From: Alphaproteobacteria bacterium
Lineage (GTDB): Bacteria > Pseudomonadota > Alphaproteobacteria > UBA7887
Assembly: GCA_965214495.1 (NCBI GenBank)
Contig: OZ243958.1
Location: 2,338,831-2,402,830, forward strand
Direction: 5' to 3'
DNA: 64,000 bases
Below the pieces are notes generated by a model, which was not told the origin of the DNA, ran no database searches, and worked only from the letters and a program-made list of their open reading frames with translations. Shown piece by piece: positions 28,645 through 40,926 of this stretch (positions are counted from its first letter, which is position 1; each line of letters starts with the position of its first letter). Both the position numbers and the translations under genes were made by a program.

Positions 28645-29725
28645 CCGCATCGCCCATTGCTTTCGTCGATACCGGCGTCATACCCTCCTGCACGATGTCG
28701 GCGGTGCGCAGACCGTCGGCGAGCACGCCGTCGATCGCCTTTTCGACCAGATCGGCCTCCCCGGCCAGATCGAACGAATAGCGCAGCATCATCGAGAACG
28801 ACGTCAGCATGGCGATCGGGTTGGCCTTGCCGTCGCCGGCGATATCGGGCGCCGAGCCGTGCACCGGTTCGTAGAGTGCCCGCCGACTCCCGGTCGCGTC
28901 GGCGGCGCCGAGACTGGCGGACGGCAGCATCCCCAGAGAGCCGGTGAGCATCGCGGCGCAGTCCGAGAGGATATCGGCGAACAGGTTGCCGCTGACCATG
29001 ACGTCGAACTGAGCCGGGTTGCGCACCAACTGCATGGCGGCGTTGTCGGCATACATGTGGCGCAGTTCGACGTCGGCATAGTCTCGGTCGCGCAGCGCCT
29101 GCATGTCCTCGCGCCACATCTGGCCGCTCTCCATGACGTTGGCCTTCTCGACCGAATGCACGAGGCCGCGCCGTTTGCGCGCGAGTTCGAAGGCGACGCG
29201 CCCGACGCGCTCGACCTCCGGAGTCGTATAGACCTCGGTATTGACGCCGCGGCGTGTGCCGTCGGCGCGGGTCTCGACGCCGCGCGGTTCGCCGAAATAG
29301 ATGCCGCCGGTGAGTTCGCGCACGATCATGATGTCGAGGCCGCGCACGACCTCGGGTTTCAGCGTCGAGGCCTCCACCAGCGGGTCGAACACCACGGCCG
29401 GGCGCAGGTTGGCGAACAGGTCCATGTCCTTGCGCAGACGCAACAGGCCGCGTTCGGGCTTCACCGAAAAGTCGAGATCATCCCATTTCGGGCCGCCGAC
29501 GGCGCCGAACAGAACCGCGTCCGCCGCCATCGCCAGATCCATCGTCGCATCGGTGATCGGCGCGCCATATTCATCGTAAGATCCGCCGCCGACCAACGCT
29601 TCCTCGGTCTCGAAGCCCACCGCCTCCCGCGCGCCGAACCAGTCGATGACCTTGCGCGTCTCGTTCATCACTTCGGGGCCGATGCCGTCGCCGGGCAGCA
29701 GCAGCAATTTCCGGTTGCGCGCCAT
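28613..29725 (-). CDS. leuB: 3-isopropylmalate dehydrogenase
   Basis: [14 protein letters not shown]..., NLFGDILSD-type motif (NLFADILSD). 370 aa. Confidence 0.95.
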   Translation of the reverse strand: MARNRKLLLLPGDGIGPEVMNETRKVIDWFGAREAVGFETEEALVGGGSYDEYGAPITDATMDLAMAADAVLFGAVGGPKWDDLDFSVKPERGLLRLRKDMDLFANLRPAVVFDPLVEASTLKPEVVRGLDIMIVRELTGGIYFGEPRGVETRADGTRRGVNTEVYTTPEVERVGRVAFELARKRRGLVHSVEKANVMESGQMWREDMQALRDRDYADVELRHMYADNAAMQLVRNPAQFDVMVSGNLFADILSDCAAMLTGSLGMLPSASLGAADATGSRRALYEPVHGSAPDIAGDGKANPIAMLTSFSMMLRYSFDLAGEADLVEKAIDGVLADGLRTADIVQEGMTPVSTKAMGDAVIGALEALTA

Positions 29726-29747
29726 GTGGTTTCCCCCTCCGCGTCGC

Positions 29748-30359
29748 TCAGCTGTACAACCAGGGCTGACCCGCGCGCTGGCCGGTCTCGAACGACCCGA
29801 TCGCCGCCGCTTTCTCCAGAGTCAGGCCGATATCGTCGAGACCTTCGAGAAGGCAATGGCTGCGGAACGGGTCGATCTCGAACCCGATCCGCGTGCCGTC
29901 GGGCGTGACGACCGTTCCGGCCTCCAGATCGACGGTGAAGCGCGCATTGCCGCCCCGCTCCGCCTGATCGAGCAGCGACTCGACCGTCTCCTCCGGCAGC
30001 GTGACCGGCAGGATGCCGTTCTTGAAGCAGTTGTTGTAGAAGATGTCGGCGAAGCTCGGCGCAATGACGCAGCGGACGCCGAAGTCGAGCAGCGCCCAGG
30101 GGGCGTGCTCGCGGCTCGACCCGCAGCCGAAATTCTCGCCCGCGATCAGGATCGTCGCATCGCGCCACGGCGGCCGGTTGAGCACGAAGTCCGGGTTCTC
30201 GGCGCCGTCCGGCGCGTAGCGCAAATCGTTGAACAGATTGGCGCCGAGACCGGTGCGCGCGATGGTCTTGAGAAACTGCTTGGGGATGATCCGGTCGGTA
30301 TCGACGTTGATCATGCGCAGGGGCGCGGCGACCCCTGTCAGGGTTCGGAACGGTTGCAT
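29748..30359 (-). CDS. leuD: 3-isopropylmalate dehydratase small subunit
   Basis: [31 protein letters not shown]... 203 aa. The longer ORF-track extension overlaps leuC out of frame. Confidence 0.9.
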   Translation of the reverse strand: MQPFRTLTGVAAPLRMINVDTDRIIPKQFLKTIARTGLGANLFNDLRYAPDGAENPDFVLNRPPWRDATILIAGENFGCGSSREHAPWALLDFGVRCVIAPSFADIFYNNCFKNGILPVTLPEETVESLLDQAERGGNARFTVDLEAGTVVTPDGTRIGFEIDPFRSHCLLEGLDDIGLTLEKAAAIGSFETGQRAGQPWLYS

Positions 30360-30385
30360 GAGCCTCTCCGTCGTCGGCAGGCGGT

Positions 30386-31798
30386 TCAGACGAAGTCGCG
30401 GACGTCGGCCAGCCGGCCGGCGACGGCGGCGGCGGCGGCCATCGCCGGGCTCACCAGATGAGTGCGTCCGCCGCGCCCCTGGCGGCCCTCGAAATTGCGG
30501 TTCGAGGTCGAAGCGCAGCGCTCGCCCGGCTCCAGACGGTCGGCATTCATCGCCAGGCACATCGAGCAACCGGGTTCGCGCCACTCGAAGCCGGCCTCGA
30601 GGAACACGCGGTCGAGCCCTTCCGACTCCGCCTGTTCCTTGACCAGGCCCGAGCCCGGCACGACCATCGCGCCGACTCCGGCGGCCACCTTGCGGCCGCG
30701 CGCCACTGCGGCCGCGGCGCGCAGGTCTTCGATGCGGCCGTTCGTGCAACTGCCGATGAACACGCGGTCGACCGCGATCTCGGCGAGCGGCGTGTCGGGT
30801 CGCAGGTCCATATATTCGAGAGAGCGCTCCATGGCGGCGCGTGTGCGCCCGTCCTCCTCCCGCGCCGGGTCCGGCACCACCCCGGTGATGGGGGCGACGT
30901 CTTGCGGGCTTGTTCCCCACGTCACATGCGGCGCCAGGTCCGCTGCAGCCAACACGACTTCCTTGTCGAAGACGGCGCCGTCGTCGCTCGGCAGCGTGCG
31001 CCAGAGGGCTTCCGCCTGTTCCCACGCGCCGCCCTTCGGCGCCATCGGCCGGCCCCGGAGCCAGGCGAAGGTGGTTTCGTCGGGCGCGATCAGCCCGGCG
31101 CGCGCGCCGGCCTCGATCGACATGTTGCACACCGTCATACGGCCTTCCATCGACAGACTGCGGATCGCCGACCCCGCATATTCGATGACATGGCCGGTCC
31201 CGCCGGCGGTCCCGATGCGTCCGATAATGCCGAGGATCACGTCCTTGGCGGTCACTCCCGGCGGCAGCGCGCCATCGATGGTCACTCGCATGTTCCCCGG
31301 TCGGCGCTGGATCAGCGTCTGGGTGGCCAGAACGTGTTCGACCTCGCTGGTGCCGATCCCGAAGGCGAGCGCGCCGAAGGCGCCGTGCGTGGCCGTGTGG
31401 CTGTCACCGCACACGATGGTGGTCCCCGGCAGCGTGAAACCCTGCTCGGGTCCGATGATGTGCACGATGCCCTGCCTCATGTCGGTGATCGGCAGGTAGG
31501 GAACCCCGAACTCGGCGCAATTCTTCTCCAGCGTTTCGACCTGGATGCGCGAGACCTCGTCGGCGATGCCGGCTTCGCGGTCGGCCGCGACGGTGGGGAT
31601 GTTGTGATCGGCGACCGCGAGCGTAGCCTCGGTCCGGCGCACCTTGCGCCCGGCCTGGCGCAAGCCCTCGAAAGCCTGCGGGCTGGTAACTTCGTGCACC
31701 AGATGCCGGTCGATGTAGAGCAGCGACGTGCCGTCATCCTGCGAGTCGACCAGGTGACTACGCCAGATCTTGTCGAACAGCGTGCGCGGCGCGGCCAT
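30386..31798 (-). CDS. leuC: 3-isopropylmalate dehydratase large subunit
   Basis: [17 protein letters not shown]...aconitase-family Cys ligands (CGDSHT, GSCTNGR). 470 aa. Confidence 0.95.
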   Translation of the reverse strand: MAAPRTLFDKIWRSHLVDSQDDGTSLLYIDRHLVHEVTSPQAFEGLRQAGRKVRRTEATLAVADHNIPTVAADREAGIADEVSRIQVETLEKNCAEFGVPYLPITDMRQGIVHIIGPEQGFTLPGTTIVCGDSHTATHGAFGALAFGIGTSEVEHVLATQTLIQRRPGNMRVTIDGALPPGVTAKDVILGIIGRIGTAGGTGHVIEYAGSAIRSLSMEGRMTVCNMSIEAGARAGLIAPDETTFAWLRGRPMAPKGGAWEQAEALWRTLPSDDGAVFDKEVVLAAADLAPHVTWGTSPQDVAPITGVVPDPAREEDGRTRAAMERSLEYMDLRPDTPLAEIAVDRVFIGSCTNGRIEDLRAAAAVARGRKVAAGVGAMVVPGSGLVKEQAESEGLDRVFLEAGFEWREPGCSMCLAMNADRLEPGERCASTSNRNFEGRQGRGGRTHLVSPAMAAAAAVAGRLADVRDFV

Positions 31799-31801
31799 GG
31801 A

Positions 31802-32221
31802 TCAGGCTTCCGCGCTCGGCGCGTCGTCCGAGGCGGCCCGACGCGCGCCGCGACCGCGATCCTCGCGCTTTTCCGCGATGCGCGCGGCCTTGCCGGTGCG
31901 CCCGCGCAGATAATAGAGCTTGGCACGGCGCACGGCGCCGCGGCGCATCAGTTCGATGCGCTCGACCAACGGCGAATAGAGCGGAAACACACGTTCGACC
32001 CCTTCGCCGTAAGACAGTTTACGCACCGTGAAGTTCGAGTTGATGCCCTTGTTGGAGCGCGCGATGCAGACGCCTTCGAACGCTTGCAGGCGCGACCGGT
32101 TGCCCTCGACCACGCGCACGCTGACGCGCACCGTATCGCCCGGCGAGAAAGCGGGAATCTCCCGCGATTCCATCAGTTTGGCGATCTGTTCCCGTTCGAA
32201 CCGTTCGATTACGTTCATCAC
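31802..32221 (-). CDS. rplS: 50S ribosomal protein L19
   Basis: [15 protein letters not shown]...[31 protein letters not shown]... Start may be the second Met. Confidence 0.9.
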   Translation of the reverse strand: MMNVIERFEREQIAKLMESREIPAFSPGDTVRVSVRVVEGNRSRLQAFEGVCIARSNKGINSNFTVRKLSYGEGVERVFPLYSPLVERIELMRRGAVRRAKLYYLRGRTGKAARIAEKREDRGRGARRAASDDAPSAEA

Positions 32222-32236
32222 CGTCGTCCCGATCCT

Positions 32237-32959
32237 CTAGACACGGCCGGCCTGCGTTGTGTCCCGTTGCCGGGACCGCCACAGGTCGGGCCGCCGCACC
32301 CGAGTCGCCCGCCGGCGCTCGCTCCGGCGCCAGTCGCGAATGGCGGCGTGGTCGCCGGACAGCAACACCGCCGGCACGTCGCGGCCTTCCCAGCACCGCG
32401 GGCGCGTGTAATGCGGGTATTCCAGCAGCCCCGCCCCGAAACTCTCTTCTTCCAACCCGGCAGCCTTGCCCATGACGCCGGGCAGCAGCCTCACGCACGC
32501 GTCGATCACCGCCATTGCCGCGATCTCTCCGCCCGCAAGGACGAAATCGCCGACGCTCGCCTCCTCGAGATCGCGCGCCTCGACGACACGCTGATCGACC
32601 CCCTCGAAGCGCCCGCATAGCAGCACGACCTCGCGCAGGCCGGCCCAGCGTTCCACGGTCGCCTGATCGACAGAGCGCCCGCGCGGAGTCAGACACACTC
32701 GCGCTTGGCCCCCCGGCGCGGCAACGGAATCGATCGCCGCCGCCAGCACGTCGGCGCGCATTACCATTCCCGGACCACCGCCGAACGGCGCGTCGTCAAC
32801 AGTCCGGTGCTTATCGCGCGCGAAAGCGCGAATGTCCACCGTTTCGAGACGCCACCGACCCGCTTTCAGCGCTTTTCCGGCCAAGCCCTCGGAGAGCGGC
32901 CCGGGGAACATGCCCGGATAGAGGGTCAGCACGCGCGCGGTCCACGCCGGCGCGGTCAT
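32237..32959 (-). CDS. trmD: tRNA (guanine37-N1)-methyltransferase
   Basis: SPOUT-fold TrmD motifs ([24 protein letters not shown]). 240 aa. Conserved rpsP-rimM-trmD-rplS gene order. Confidence 0.9.
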   Translation of the reverse strand: MTAPAWTARVLTLYPGMFPGPLSEGLAGKALKAGRWRLETVDIRAFARDKHRTVDDAPFGGGPGMVMRADVLAAAIDSVAAPGGQARVCLTPRGRSVDQATVERWAGLREVVLLCGRFEGVDQRVVEARDLEEASVGDFVLAGGEIAAMAVIDACVRLLPGVMGKAAGLEEESFGAGLLEYPHYTRPRCWEGRDVPAVLLSGDHAAIRDWRRSERRRATRVRRPDLWRSRQRDTTQAGRV

Positions 32960-33492
32960 GGTCCGGTGTCCGGGGGGCGGGTCTCCAGCCCCGGCAGGCC
33001 CGGCGGCGGGTCGATCACCAGGCGTCCTTCGGCGAGCGCCACTTCCGGCACCGTCTCGCGGGTGAACGGCAGTAGGAACGGGCCGTCACGACCGGCGATC
33101 TCGATCACGTCGCCGGCGCCGAAATCATGTACGGCGGCGACCGTTCCGATCGTTGATCCGCTCGCCAGAGCCGCAGCGAGTCCGATCAGGTCCGCATGAT
33201 AGTATTCGTCTGGACCGGCAGCCGGCAGATCGGCGCGATCGATGTAGAGCCGCGTTCCCTTCAGCGCTTCGGCCGCAGCGCGATCGGCGACACCTTCGAT
33301 TCGGACGATGGCGGTGCGCGGGCGCTCCTCGAGTATGGTGAGGCGAATCGGGCGGCCGAACTCGTCCTCGAGCGCCGGAAAACCGGCGACGGCGGCAGGC
33401 TCTGCGGTGAACGCCCTCAGCCGAACCGCGCCGCGCAAGCCCTTGGCGCCGGCGAACGCGGCAACGCAGACCCGATCGGCGGGCAGCGTCAC
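32956..33492 (-). CDS. rimM: ribosome maturation factor RimM
   Basis: 178 aa, position between rpsP and trmD, PRC-barrel C-terminus. Confidence 0.88.
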   Translation of the reverse strand: MTLPADRVCVAAFAGAKGLRGAVRLRAFTAEPAAVAGFPALEDEFGRPIRLTILEERPRTAIVRIEGVADRAAAEALKGTRLYIDRADLPAAGPDEYYHADLIGLAAALASGSTIGTVAAVHDFGAGDVIEIAGRDGPFLLPFTRETVPEVALAEGRLVIDPPPGLPGLETRPPDTGP

Positions 33493-33830
33493 CCGCTTCC
33501 TTGCTGCGCCGCTTCCAGGCGCTCGTGGGCCTTCGCGCGGGGTTGGCCCTTGATCGGATTGCGGCGTTCCGGCGGCATCGGAGTGATTTCCGCTTCGCCG
33601 AGAAACTTCGCGACCCGGTCGCTCGGTTGCGCGCCGCGGTCAAGCCAGTATCTGATCCGCTCGGCCTTCAGTTCCACCCTGCCGGAAGCGTCTTTCGGCT
33701 GAAGGGGGTGGTAAACGCCGACACGTTCGATGAAGCGTCCATCCCGCGGACTACGCGAATCCGCGACCACGATACGGTAGTGTGGGCGTTTTCTGGCGCC
33801 GGCGCGGGCCAGGCGAATCCGTAACGTCAT
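33489..33830 (-). CDS. rpsP: 30S ribosomal protein S16
   Basis: [42 protein letters not shown]... Confidence 0.93.
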   Translation of the reverse strand: MTLRIRLARAGARKRPHYRIVVADSRSPRDGRFIERVGVYHPLQPKDASGRVELKAERIRYWLDRGAQPSDRVAKFLGEAEITPMPPERRNPIKGQPRAKAHERLEAAQQGSG

Positions 33831-33855
33831 TCGATTCTTCTTTCCTGCGAAGTTC

Positions 33856-35229
33856 TCAGGGACGCACGCCGGGGATGGACAAGTTACCCGTCATGCCGGG
33901 CAGGCTGGCGCCGGCGAATCCGCGTTTGCCCATCTTCTTCATGCGTTTCGTCATTAGCTGCATGTCCTTGAACTGCTTCAGCAGCCGGTTGACGTCGGGC
34001 ACCCCGACGCCGGCGCCGGCGGCGATGCGTCGCTTGCGCGACCCGTTGAGCAGCTTCACATTGGCCCGCTCGCGCGCGGTCATCGACGAAATGATTGCTT
34101 CCTGACGGCGTATCTGACCGTCGTCGATCCGCGCCTCGGCGAGCTGACGCTTGATCTTGCCGACGCCCGGCAACAGACCCAACATTCCGTCCATGCCGCC
34201 CATCTTGCGCAACTGCCGCAGTTGCGCGGCGAGATCGTTCAGATCGACGCGGCCCGCGGCCAGCCTGCGCGCGAGTTTTTCGGCCTCTTCTTCCTCGAAG
34301 CTTTCCGTCGCCTTCTCGACCAGGGAGACGACGTCGCCCATGCCGAGGATACGCGAGGCGACGCGGTCGGGGTGAAAATCCTCAAGCGCGTCGAGAGTTT
34401 CTCCCGTGCCGACCAGTTTGATCGGGCAGCCCGTTACCGCCCTCATGCTGAGTGCCGCGCCGCCGCGGCCGTCACCGTCGATACGGGTGAGCACGATCCC
34501 GGTAACTCCGGCGCGCTCCTTGAAGGTGCTGGCGATGTTGACGGCGTCCTGCCCGGTCAGGGCATCGGCGACAAGCAGAACCTCGACCGGGTCGACGGCG
34601 GCACGGACGGCCGCGAGTTCGGCCATCAGCGCTTCGTCGATGTGCAACCGCCCGGCAGTGTCGAGCAGCACGACGTCGTAACCGCCCAGCCGCGCTGCCT
34701 CCATCGCCCGTCCGGCGATCGCCTCAGCCTGCTGCCCGGCGACGATCGGCAGCGCATCGACCCCGGCCTGAGCCGCGAGCTGAGCGAGCTGTTCCTGTGC
34801 CGCCGGGCGGCTTACGTCGAGCGAGGCGACCATCGCTTTCTTGCGGTCGCGAACCGAGAGACGCTTGGCAAGCTTCGCCGTCGTCGTCGTCTTGCCGGAG
34901 CCTTGCAGGCCCACCATCATCAACGCCGCTGGCGGGCGCGCCGCCAGCGAGACCGCCGACGGCTCGGCGCCGAGCATCTCGACGAGGCGGTCGCGCACGA
35001 CCTTGACGACCATCTGACCGGGCGTGACGCTCTTGAGAACCTGAGCGCCGACCGCGCTTTCGCGCACGTCGCCGATGAACGACTTCACGACCGGCAGCGC
35101 GACGTCGGCTTCGAGCAGCGCTATACGGATGTCGCGCAGCGCGCCGGTCACGTCGCCTTCGGACAACGCACCCCGTTTCGTCAGCCGGGCGAAGACCTCG
35201 CCGAGCCTGCCGGAAAGTGTATCGAACAT
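33856..35229 (-). CDS. ffh: signal recognition particle protein Ffh
   Basis: [16 protein letters not shown]..., [14 protein letters not shown] domain [10 protein letters not shown] (LQGSGKTTT), Met-rich M domain at the C-terminus. Confidence 0.93.
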   Translation of the reverse strand: MFDTLSGRLGEVFARLTKRGALSEGDVTGALRDIRIALLEADVALPVVKSFIGDVRESAVGAQVLKSVTPGQMVVKVVRDRLVEMLGAEPSAVSLAARPPAALMMVGLQGSGKTTTTAKLAKRLSVRDRKKAMVASLDVSRPAAQEQLAQLAAQAGVDALPIVAGQQAEAIAGRAMEAARLGGYDVVLLDTAGRLHIDEALMAELAAVRAAVDPVEVLLVADALTGQDAVNIASTFKERAGVTGIVLTRIDGDGRGGAALSMRAVTGCPIKLVGTGETLDALEDFHPDRVASRILGMGDVVSLVEKATESFEEEEAEKLARRLAAGRVDLNDLAAQLRQLRKMGGMDGMLGLLPGVGKIKRQLAEARIDDGQIRRQEAIISSMTARERANVKLLNGSRKRRIAAGAGVGVPDVNRLLKQFKDMQLMTKRMKKMGKRGFAGASLPGMTGNLSIPGVRP

Positions 35230-35437
35230 CGCGATATGCACCCGAAACGCCGCGCGGCAACGGCTCATGCGAGCGCCCGCGACAAGGCGGCGGCCACTAT
35301 CGGCCGTGTGCGGCGGATGTCAAGGCGATGCCGTCGTTCGCTCCGGGTGAGACGCCGCCGGAAACGGTGGCCGTCCATTTGCGGCGCCGCGCGGGCGTGC
35401 TATTTCGGCGGCAGCGGGGCGGGTATGGGGATACGCC

Positions 35438-35827
35438 GTGTGGGGCCAGCATCTGATCGTCGACATGGCCGGTTGCGATTCCACCGCCGTCGGCGACCGC
35501 ACGACGATCGCCCGCTTTTGCCGCGATCTGGTCGCGGCTATCGGAATGACTGCGCACGGCGAGCCGCTCATCGAGCACTTTGCGGCGCACATGCCGGACG
35601 TCGCCGGTTACTCGCTCGTCCAGTTGATCGAAACGTCGAGCATTACCGGGCATTTCGTCGAGGCGCGCAACGAAGCCTATCTCGACGTTTTCTCGTGCCG
35701 GCCGTTTTCCGACGACGCGGCGCTCGCTGTTTGCCGGCGCTATTTCAGGCCGGCCGCGTGGTCAACCACGGTCCTGCAGCGCCAGGCCGGCCAGGCCTCC
35801 CTCGTCGAAAATCGCACGAAGACCTGA
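35438..35827 (+). CDS. S-adenosylmethionine decarboxylase-family proenzyme (pyruvoyl-dependent, small bacterial type)
   Basis: GQHLIVDMAGCD...LIETSSITGHFVEARNEAYLDVFSC matches the AdoMetDC ES(H/S)xxxHT.PE..y..DvFtC core. Confidence 0.7.
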   Translation: MWGQHLIVDMAGCDSTAVGDRTTIARFCRDLVAAIGMTAHGEPLIEHFAAHMPDVAGYSLVQLIETSSITGHFVEARNEAYLDVFSCRPFSDDAALAVCRRYFRPAAWSTTVLQRQAGQASLVENRTKT

Positions 35828-35852
35828 AACCGCGGCCGGGAGTCGAGGCCGT

Positions 35853-36725
35853 TCAATCGAAAGCGGCAACGCCGCGACGCAGACGCGCCGCGCGAAGGGT
35901 GTTGGCGAGCAGACACGCGATCGTCATCGGGCCGACCCCGCCGGGCACCGGCGTGATGGCGCCGGCGACGGCCACCGCTTCGTCGAAGGCAACGTCGCCG
36001 GCGATACGGCGCTTGCCACCGGGGGCCGCGATGCGGTTGATGCCCACGTCGATGACCGCTGCGCCCGGCTTGAGCCAATCCCCGCGCACCATCCCCGGCC
36101 GACCGGCCGCCGCCACGACGACATCGGCGCGGCGGCACAGGCCTGCGAGATCGCGAGTGCGCGAATGGGCGAGAGTGACGGTCGCATCGGCGGCGAGCAG
36201 GAGCAGCCCCATCGGCTTGCCGACGATCGTCGAGCGCCCGATGACCAGCGCCTCGGCCCCCGCCAGCGCGACGCCGGCAGAGGCGAGCAGACGCATCGCC
36301 CCCTGCGGCGTGCAGGGGACCATTCCCGGCAGGCCGGCAATCAGGCGTCCGGCGTTTACCGGGTGAAAGCCGTCGACATCCTTGGCCGGGTCGATCGCCA
36401 TGACGACTCGCGCCGGATCGATCTGTGCAGGCAGCGGTAGCTGAACCAGGATGCCGTCCACCTCGGGGTCGTCGTTGAGTCGCTCGATCAGGCCAAGCAA
36501 CACCGCTTCCCTGGTCTCGCCCACCAGTCGATGTTCGATCCCCCTCATGCCCGCTTCAGCCAGTGCCGCGGTCTTGCTGCGGACGTAGATCCGGCTTGCC
36601 GGATCGTCACCGACCAGCACCACGGCAAGCCGGGGGGGAGCGTCCAACGTGGCCGCCTCGCGCGCGACGTCGCGACGCAGCGCGGCCGCGATCAGCCTGC
36701 CGTCGATGACGCGCGCCTGACTCAT
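35853..36725 (-). CDS. folD: bifunctional methylenetetrahydrofolate dehydrogenase/cyclohydrolase
   Basis: [12 protein letters not shown]..., ...YVRSKTAA..., [24 protein letters not shown]. Start at the MSQ Met. Confidence 0.9.
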   Translation of the reverse strand: MSQARVIDGRLIAAALRRDVAREAATLDAPPRLAVVLVGDDPASRIYVRSKTAALAEAGMRGIEHRLVGETREAVLLGLIERLNDDPEVDGILVQLPLPAQIDPARVVMAIDPAKDVDGFHPVNAGRLIAGLPGMVPCTPQGAMRLLASAGVALAGAEALVIGRSTIVGKPMGLLLLAADATVTLAHSRTRDLAGLCRRADVVVAAAGRPGMVRGDWLKPGAAVIDVGINRIAAPGGKRRIAGDVAFDEAVAVAGAITPVPGGVGPMTIACLLANTLRAARLRRGVAAFD

Positions 36726-36808
36726 GGGCCTTGCGCATAGCCGACGATCGCGCTTTGTCAACTGCGCCCCTCTGCGCTAGGTAAAGACGTGCGGTTCCGC
36801 CGGCATGG

Positions 36809-36882
36809 TGGGGCGTAGCCAAGCGGTAAGGCAACGGGTTTTGATCCCGTGATCCCTGGTTCGAATCCAGGCGCCCCAGCCA
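36809..36882 (+). tRNA. tRNA-Gln (UUG)
   Basis: TGGGGCGTAGCCAAGCGGTAAGGCAACGGGTTTTGATCCCGTGATCCCTGGTTCGAATCCAGGCGCCCCAGCCA. Cloverleaf with anticodon TTG, similar to E. coli tRNA-Gln. Confidence 0.9.
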
Positions 36883-36962
36883 CGCTTAATTCCTCTGCCG
36901 GGATCGTCTATCATCGATCTTGGCCGACCCGCACTCGTCTCGGGCCGGCGAACGGAAGCGCG

Positions 36963-37343
36963 ATGGCGACACCCGATTCCGAAAACAGATGGCGGCCGGC
37001 ACTGAACGGCGAGGATGACGACGATCGCGACGCCGGCGGAGGCGGGCGGCCGGACGTTGGCGTCATCACTCGCGTCAAACCGAAGACGAAAAAGCCGTCG
37101 ATGTATAAGGTGCTGATGCTCAACGACGACTACACACCGATGGAATTCGTCGTTTACATCCTGGAACGTTTCTTCAAGAAATCGCACGAAGAGGCAACCC
37201 GGATCATGCTGCACGTTCATCAGCGTGGTGTCGGCATCTGCGGGGTCTATTCCTACGAGGTGGCGGAGAGCAAGGTGACACAGGTGATGGATTGCGCGCG
37301 GCGGAACCAGCATCCGCTGCAATGCACCCTCGAAAAGGACTGA
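36963..37343 (+). CDS. clpS: ATP-dependent Clp protease adaptor ClpS
   Basis: ...[64 protein letters not shown]... Confidence 0.9.
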   Translation: MATPDSENRWRPALNGEDDDDRDAGGGGRPDVGVITRVKPKTKKPSMYKVLMLNDDYTPMEFVVYILERFFKKSHEEATRIMLHVHQRGVGICGVYSYEVAESKVTQVMDCARRNQHPLQCTLEKD

Positions 37344-37372
37344 CGGCGAGACGCGGCAGGAGGCGCCAGCCC

Positions 37373-39703
37373 ATGCTATCGAAAACACTTGAGGAATCGC
37401 TCCACCGTGCCCTCGCCCATGCTGACGCGCGACAGCAGGAGTTCACCACGCTGGAGCATCTGCTGCTGTCGCTGACCGAAGATCAGGATTCGGTCGCCGT
37501 GCTGCGAGCGTGCGGCGTGGATATCGACGCATTGCGCAGTGCGCTGACCGAATTTCTCGATAGCGACGAGGCCGGACCGGCAGCCGACGGGGACAACGCC
37601 GGCGCCAGGCCGACCGCGAGTTTCCAGCGGGTCGTCCAGCGTGCGGTGCATCACGTCCAGATGTCGGGGCGGGAAGAAGTCACGGGCGCCAACGTATTGG
37701 TGGCGATATTCTCCGAGCGCGAATCGCACGCCGTCTATTTTCTGCAACAGCAGGATATGTCGCGTCTCGATGCGGTGAGCTACATCAGCCACGGCATCGC
37801 CAAGGCAGCCGGCCGGTCGGAACAGCGCCCGCCGGCCGGCGCCGACGGCGAGGAAGACGGCGACAAGGCGGCGAAGCAGGGCAGCGCGGCGCTCGACGCC
37901 TATTGCGTCGATCTCAACCAGAAGTCGCGCGACGGGCGCGTCGATCCGCTCATCGGACGCAGCGAAGAAGTGGAACGCACCGTGCAGGTGCTGTGCCGGC
38001 GAACCAAGAACAATCCGCTGTTCGTCGGCGAGCCCGGAGTCGGCAAAACGGCGATCGCCGAGGGCCTCGCCAAACGCATCGTCGATGGCGAAGTGCCGGA
38101 GGTGTTGAGCGACGCCACCATCTTCGCGCTCGACATGGGGGCGTTGCTCGCCGGAACCCGCTATCGCGGCGATTTCGAGGAACGGGTCAAGGCGGTGCTC
38201 GCCGAACTCGAGCGTCACGACGGCGCTATCCTGTTCGTCGATGAAATCCACACGGTGATCGGCGCCGGCGCGACCTCGGGCGGCGCCATGGATGCGTCGA
38301 ACCTGCTCAAACCGGCGCTGCAAAGCGGCGCCCTGCGTTGCATGGGTTCCACGACCTACAAGGAATATCGCAACTATTTCGAGAAGGATCGGGCGCTGGT
38401 GCGTCGGTTCCAGAAGATCGATATCGACGAACCGTCGGTCGAGGATGCGGTCAAGATCCTCGAGGGGCTCAAGCCCTATTACGAGGAATATCACGGTATC
38501 GAATATACCGGCGACGCGCTGCGTTCGGCCGTCACCCTCTCCCACCGCTACATCGGCGATCGCAAGCTGCCCGACAAGGCGATCGACGTCATAGACGAAG
38601 TGGGTGCGGCGCAGGCGCTGTTGCCCGAGGCCGAGCGGCGGAAAACGATCGACGAAGACGAGATCGAGCGCGTGATCGCGAAGATCGCACGTATCCCGCC
38701 CAAGAGCGTCAGCCGTAACGACAAGGAAATGCTGGCGTCATTGACGACCAATCTGAAGACTGTCGTCTTCGGTCAGGATTCCGCGATCGGGGCGTTGGCG
38801 GACGCGATCAAGCTGTCGCGCGCCGGCTTGCGCGAACCCGAGAAACCGATCGGCAACTATCTGTTCTCGGGGCCGACCGGAGTCGGCAAGACCGAGGTGG
38901 CGCGCCAGCTCGCGTTGATCATGGGGATCGAGCTGATCCGGTTCGACATGTCGGAATATATGGAGCGCCACACCGTCTCGCGGTTGATCGGCGCGCCGCC
39001 GGGCTATGTCGGCTTCGATCAGGGCGGCTTGCTCACCGACGCTGTCGACCAGCACCCGCACGCGGTGCTGCTGCTCGACGAGATCGAGAAAGCGCACCCG
39101 GACCTGTTCAACATCCTGTTGCAGGTAATGGATCACGGCAAACTCACCGATCACAACGGCAAGATGGTGAATTTCCGCAACGTGATCCTGATCATGACCA
39201 CCAATGCGGGCGCGGTCGAGCTGGCCAAACCGGCGATCGGATTCGGCCGCGAGGCGCGGGTCGGCGACGATCGGGAAGCGATCGACCGCATGTTCTCGCC
39301 CGAGTTCCGCAACCGTCTCGACGCGGTTATCGGCTTCTCCAACCTGTCGCCCGAGGTCGTGCACCGCGTGGTCGACAAATTCGTCGTGCAGCTCGAAGGC
39401 CAGTTGGCAGACCGCGCGGTCACCATCGAACTGACCGACGCCGCGCGCCGGTGGCTGGCCGAGAAGGGGTACGACAAGCTCTATGGCGCCCGGCCGCTGG
39501 CGCGGGTAATCCAGGAGCATGTCAAGAAGCCGCTCGCTGACGCCTTGCTGTTCGGCGAATTGTCGAACGGCGGCCACGTCAAGGTGCGTGTCAAGGACGG
39601 TAAGGCCGCTTTCGACATCATTCCCGCGCCGCCCGCCCCTTGCGCGCCGGAGGACCCGGACGGGAGCGAGAGCGGCCGCAAGGTGCCCGAACCCGTTACC
39701 TGA
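37373..39703 (+). CDS. clpA: ATP-dependent Clp protease ATP-binding subunit ClpA
   Basis: N-domain [17 protein letters not shown], two AAA+ modules ([30 protein letters not shown]). Located immediately after clpS. Confidence 0.95.
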   Translation: MLSKTLEESLHRALAHADARQQEFTTLEHLLLSLTEDQDSVAVLRACGVDIDALRSALTEFLDSDEAGPAADGDNAGARPTASFQRVVQRAVHHVQMSGREEVTGANVLVAIFSERESHAVYFLQQQDMSRLDAVSYISHGIAKAAGRSEQRPPAGADGEEDGDKAAKQGSAALDAYCVDLNQKSRDGRVDPLIGRSEEVERTVQVLCRRTKNNPLFVGEPGVGKTAIAEGLAKRIVDGEVPEVLSDATIFALDMGALLAGTRYRGDFEERVKAVLAELERHDGAILFVDEIHTVIGAGATSGGAMDASNLLKPALQSGALRCMGSTTYKEYRNYFEKDRALVRRFQKIDIDEPSVEDAVKILEGLKPYYEEYHGIEYTGDALRSAVTLSHRYIGDRKLPDKAIDVIDEVGAAQALLPEAERRKTIDEDEIERVIAKIARIPPKSVSRNDKEMLASLTTNLKTVVFGQDSAIGALADAIKLSRAGLREPEKPIGNYLFSGPTGVGKTEVARQLALIMGIELIRFDMSEYMERHTVSRLIGAPPGYVGFDQGGLLTDAVDQHPHAVLLLDEIEKAHPDLFNILLQVMDHGKLTDHNGKMVNFRNVILIMTTNAGAVELAKPAIGFGREARVGDDREAIDRMFSPEFRNRLDAVIGFSNLSPEVVHRVVDKFVVQLEGQLADRAVTIELTDAARRWLAEKGYDKLYGARPLARVIQEHVKKPLADALLFGELSNGGHVKVRVKDGKAAFDIIPAPPAPCAPEDPDGSESGRKVPEPVT

Positions 39704-40865
39704 CGTCGGCTCCGGCGTTGTCTCCGGCGAGCGAGTCGTAGAGCGCCAGCGTCGCCCGGCACATGGCGTCGGCGGTAAAACGCGAGAGCACGTGACGGCG
39801 ACCCGCCGCACCCATCGCGGCCCATCGCTCCGGCGCATCCAACGCACGGTCCAGAGCGGCCGCCAGGGCGCCCGGGTCGTTCGGCGGAACCAGCCAGCCG
39901 GTCTCGCCGTGCCGGACCGTTTCCCGCGAACCGCCGTGGTCGCTGGCGATGATCGGGCGCGCCATCGCCTGCGCCTCCGCCGCGACCCGGCCGAACGCTT
40001 CCGGTTCGGTGGACGCGGAGACGACGAGATCGGCCAGGGCGCAGGCCGCCGGCATGTCGGCGCAGGGTCCGACGAGGCGCACCCGCTCCGCCAGACCGTA
40101 GCGCGCGATCGACGTTTCGAGCTCGGCGCGGTAGCGGCCTCGCCCCTGATCGTCGCCGACCAGCACGCAGCGCATCTCGCGGTGGCGCAACCGGGCGAGC
40201 GCGGCGATGAGAACCGCCTGCCCCTTCCAGCGTGTCAGCCGTCCCGGCAGCAGGATTAAGGGGCCGTCGCCGTCGAGACGCCAGGAATTCCGCAGCGCCG
40301 CCGTTCGCGCCGGCGCCACCGCTCCAAGATCGAATCGCACGGTATCGACGCCGCGCGGGATGATCCGGATCCGCTCCGGGGGCACGCCATAAACGGCGTG
40401 CAGATGCCGGGCGATATGCTCGGAAATCGCGATCACCCGGTCGCCGCGGGCCATGACCGCGTTCCAGGCGCGCTTGAGAGGGCCGCGATGACCGTAGGTA
40501 CCGTGAAACGTGGTGACGAAACGACGTTCGCTGCGCCGCGCCGCCGCCTCGGCGCTCCATGCCGGGGCGCGGGAGCGTGCGTGAACGATATCGACGCGCT
40601 GCGACCGGATGACCCCGGCAAGCGCGCGCGCGTTGCGCCATAGGCGCGCCGGGTTCTTGCTGTCGAGCGGCAACGCGATGTGACGCGCACCGGCGGCCTG
40701 GAGTTCGGCCAGCCTCGGCCCGCCGGAGGACGCGACCAACGCCGTCGCTCCGGCGGCGGCGAGCGCCGCGGCGATCTCGATCGCCCCTTGCGCGACGCCG
40801 CCGGCGCCGAGATGCGGCAGCACCTGGAGCACGACCGGCCCTGTCCTGGTTCCGCGTTGATTCAT
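39696..40865 (-). CDS. family 4 glycosyltransferase (RfaG-like), separate from the main cluster
   Basis: VLQVLPHLGAGGVAQGAIEIA... and the C-terminal EPEAFGRVAAEAQAMARPIIASDHGGSRETV GT4 motif. Start set at the MNQ Met. Confidence 0.85.
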   Translation of the reverse strand: MNQRGTRTGPVVLQVLPHLGAGGVAQGAIEIAAALAAAGATALVASSGGPRLAELQAAGARHIALPLDSKNPARLWRNARALAGVIRSQRVDIVHARSRAPAWSAEAAARRSERRFVTTFHGTYGHRGPLKRAWNAVMARGDRVIAISEHIARHLHAVYGVPPERIRIIPRGVDTVRFDLGAVAPARTAALRNSWRLDGDGPLILLPGRLTRWKGQAVLIAALARLRHREMRCVLVGDDQGRGRYRAELETSIARYGLAERVRLVGPCADMPAACALADLVVSASTEPEAFGRVAAEAQAMARPIIASDHGGSRETVRHGETGWLVPPNDPGALAAALDRALDAPERWAAMGAAGRRHVLSRFTADAMCRATLALYDSLAGDNAGADVR

Positions 40866-40926
40866 CGCCCCCGTTGACCATATAACGGATCGAGTTCTCC
40901 GTGATGCGAACCGGGAGGTCGTAACG

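Noticed and set aside
30360-31130. 5' extension of the minus-strand ORF 29748..31130 (460 aa)
   Set aside because: Only the last 203 codons (leuD, from the MQPFRTL Met) are real. The extension overlaps leuC in another frame and translates to Arg/Gly-rich filler.
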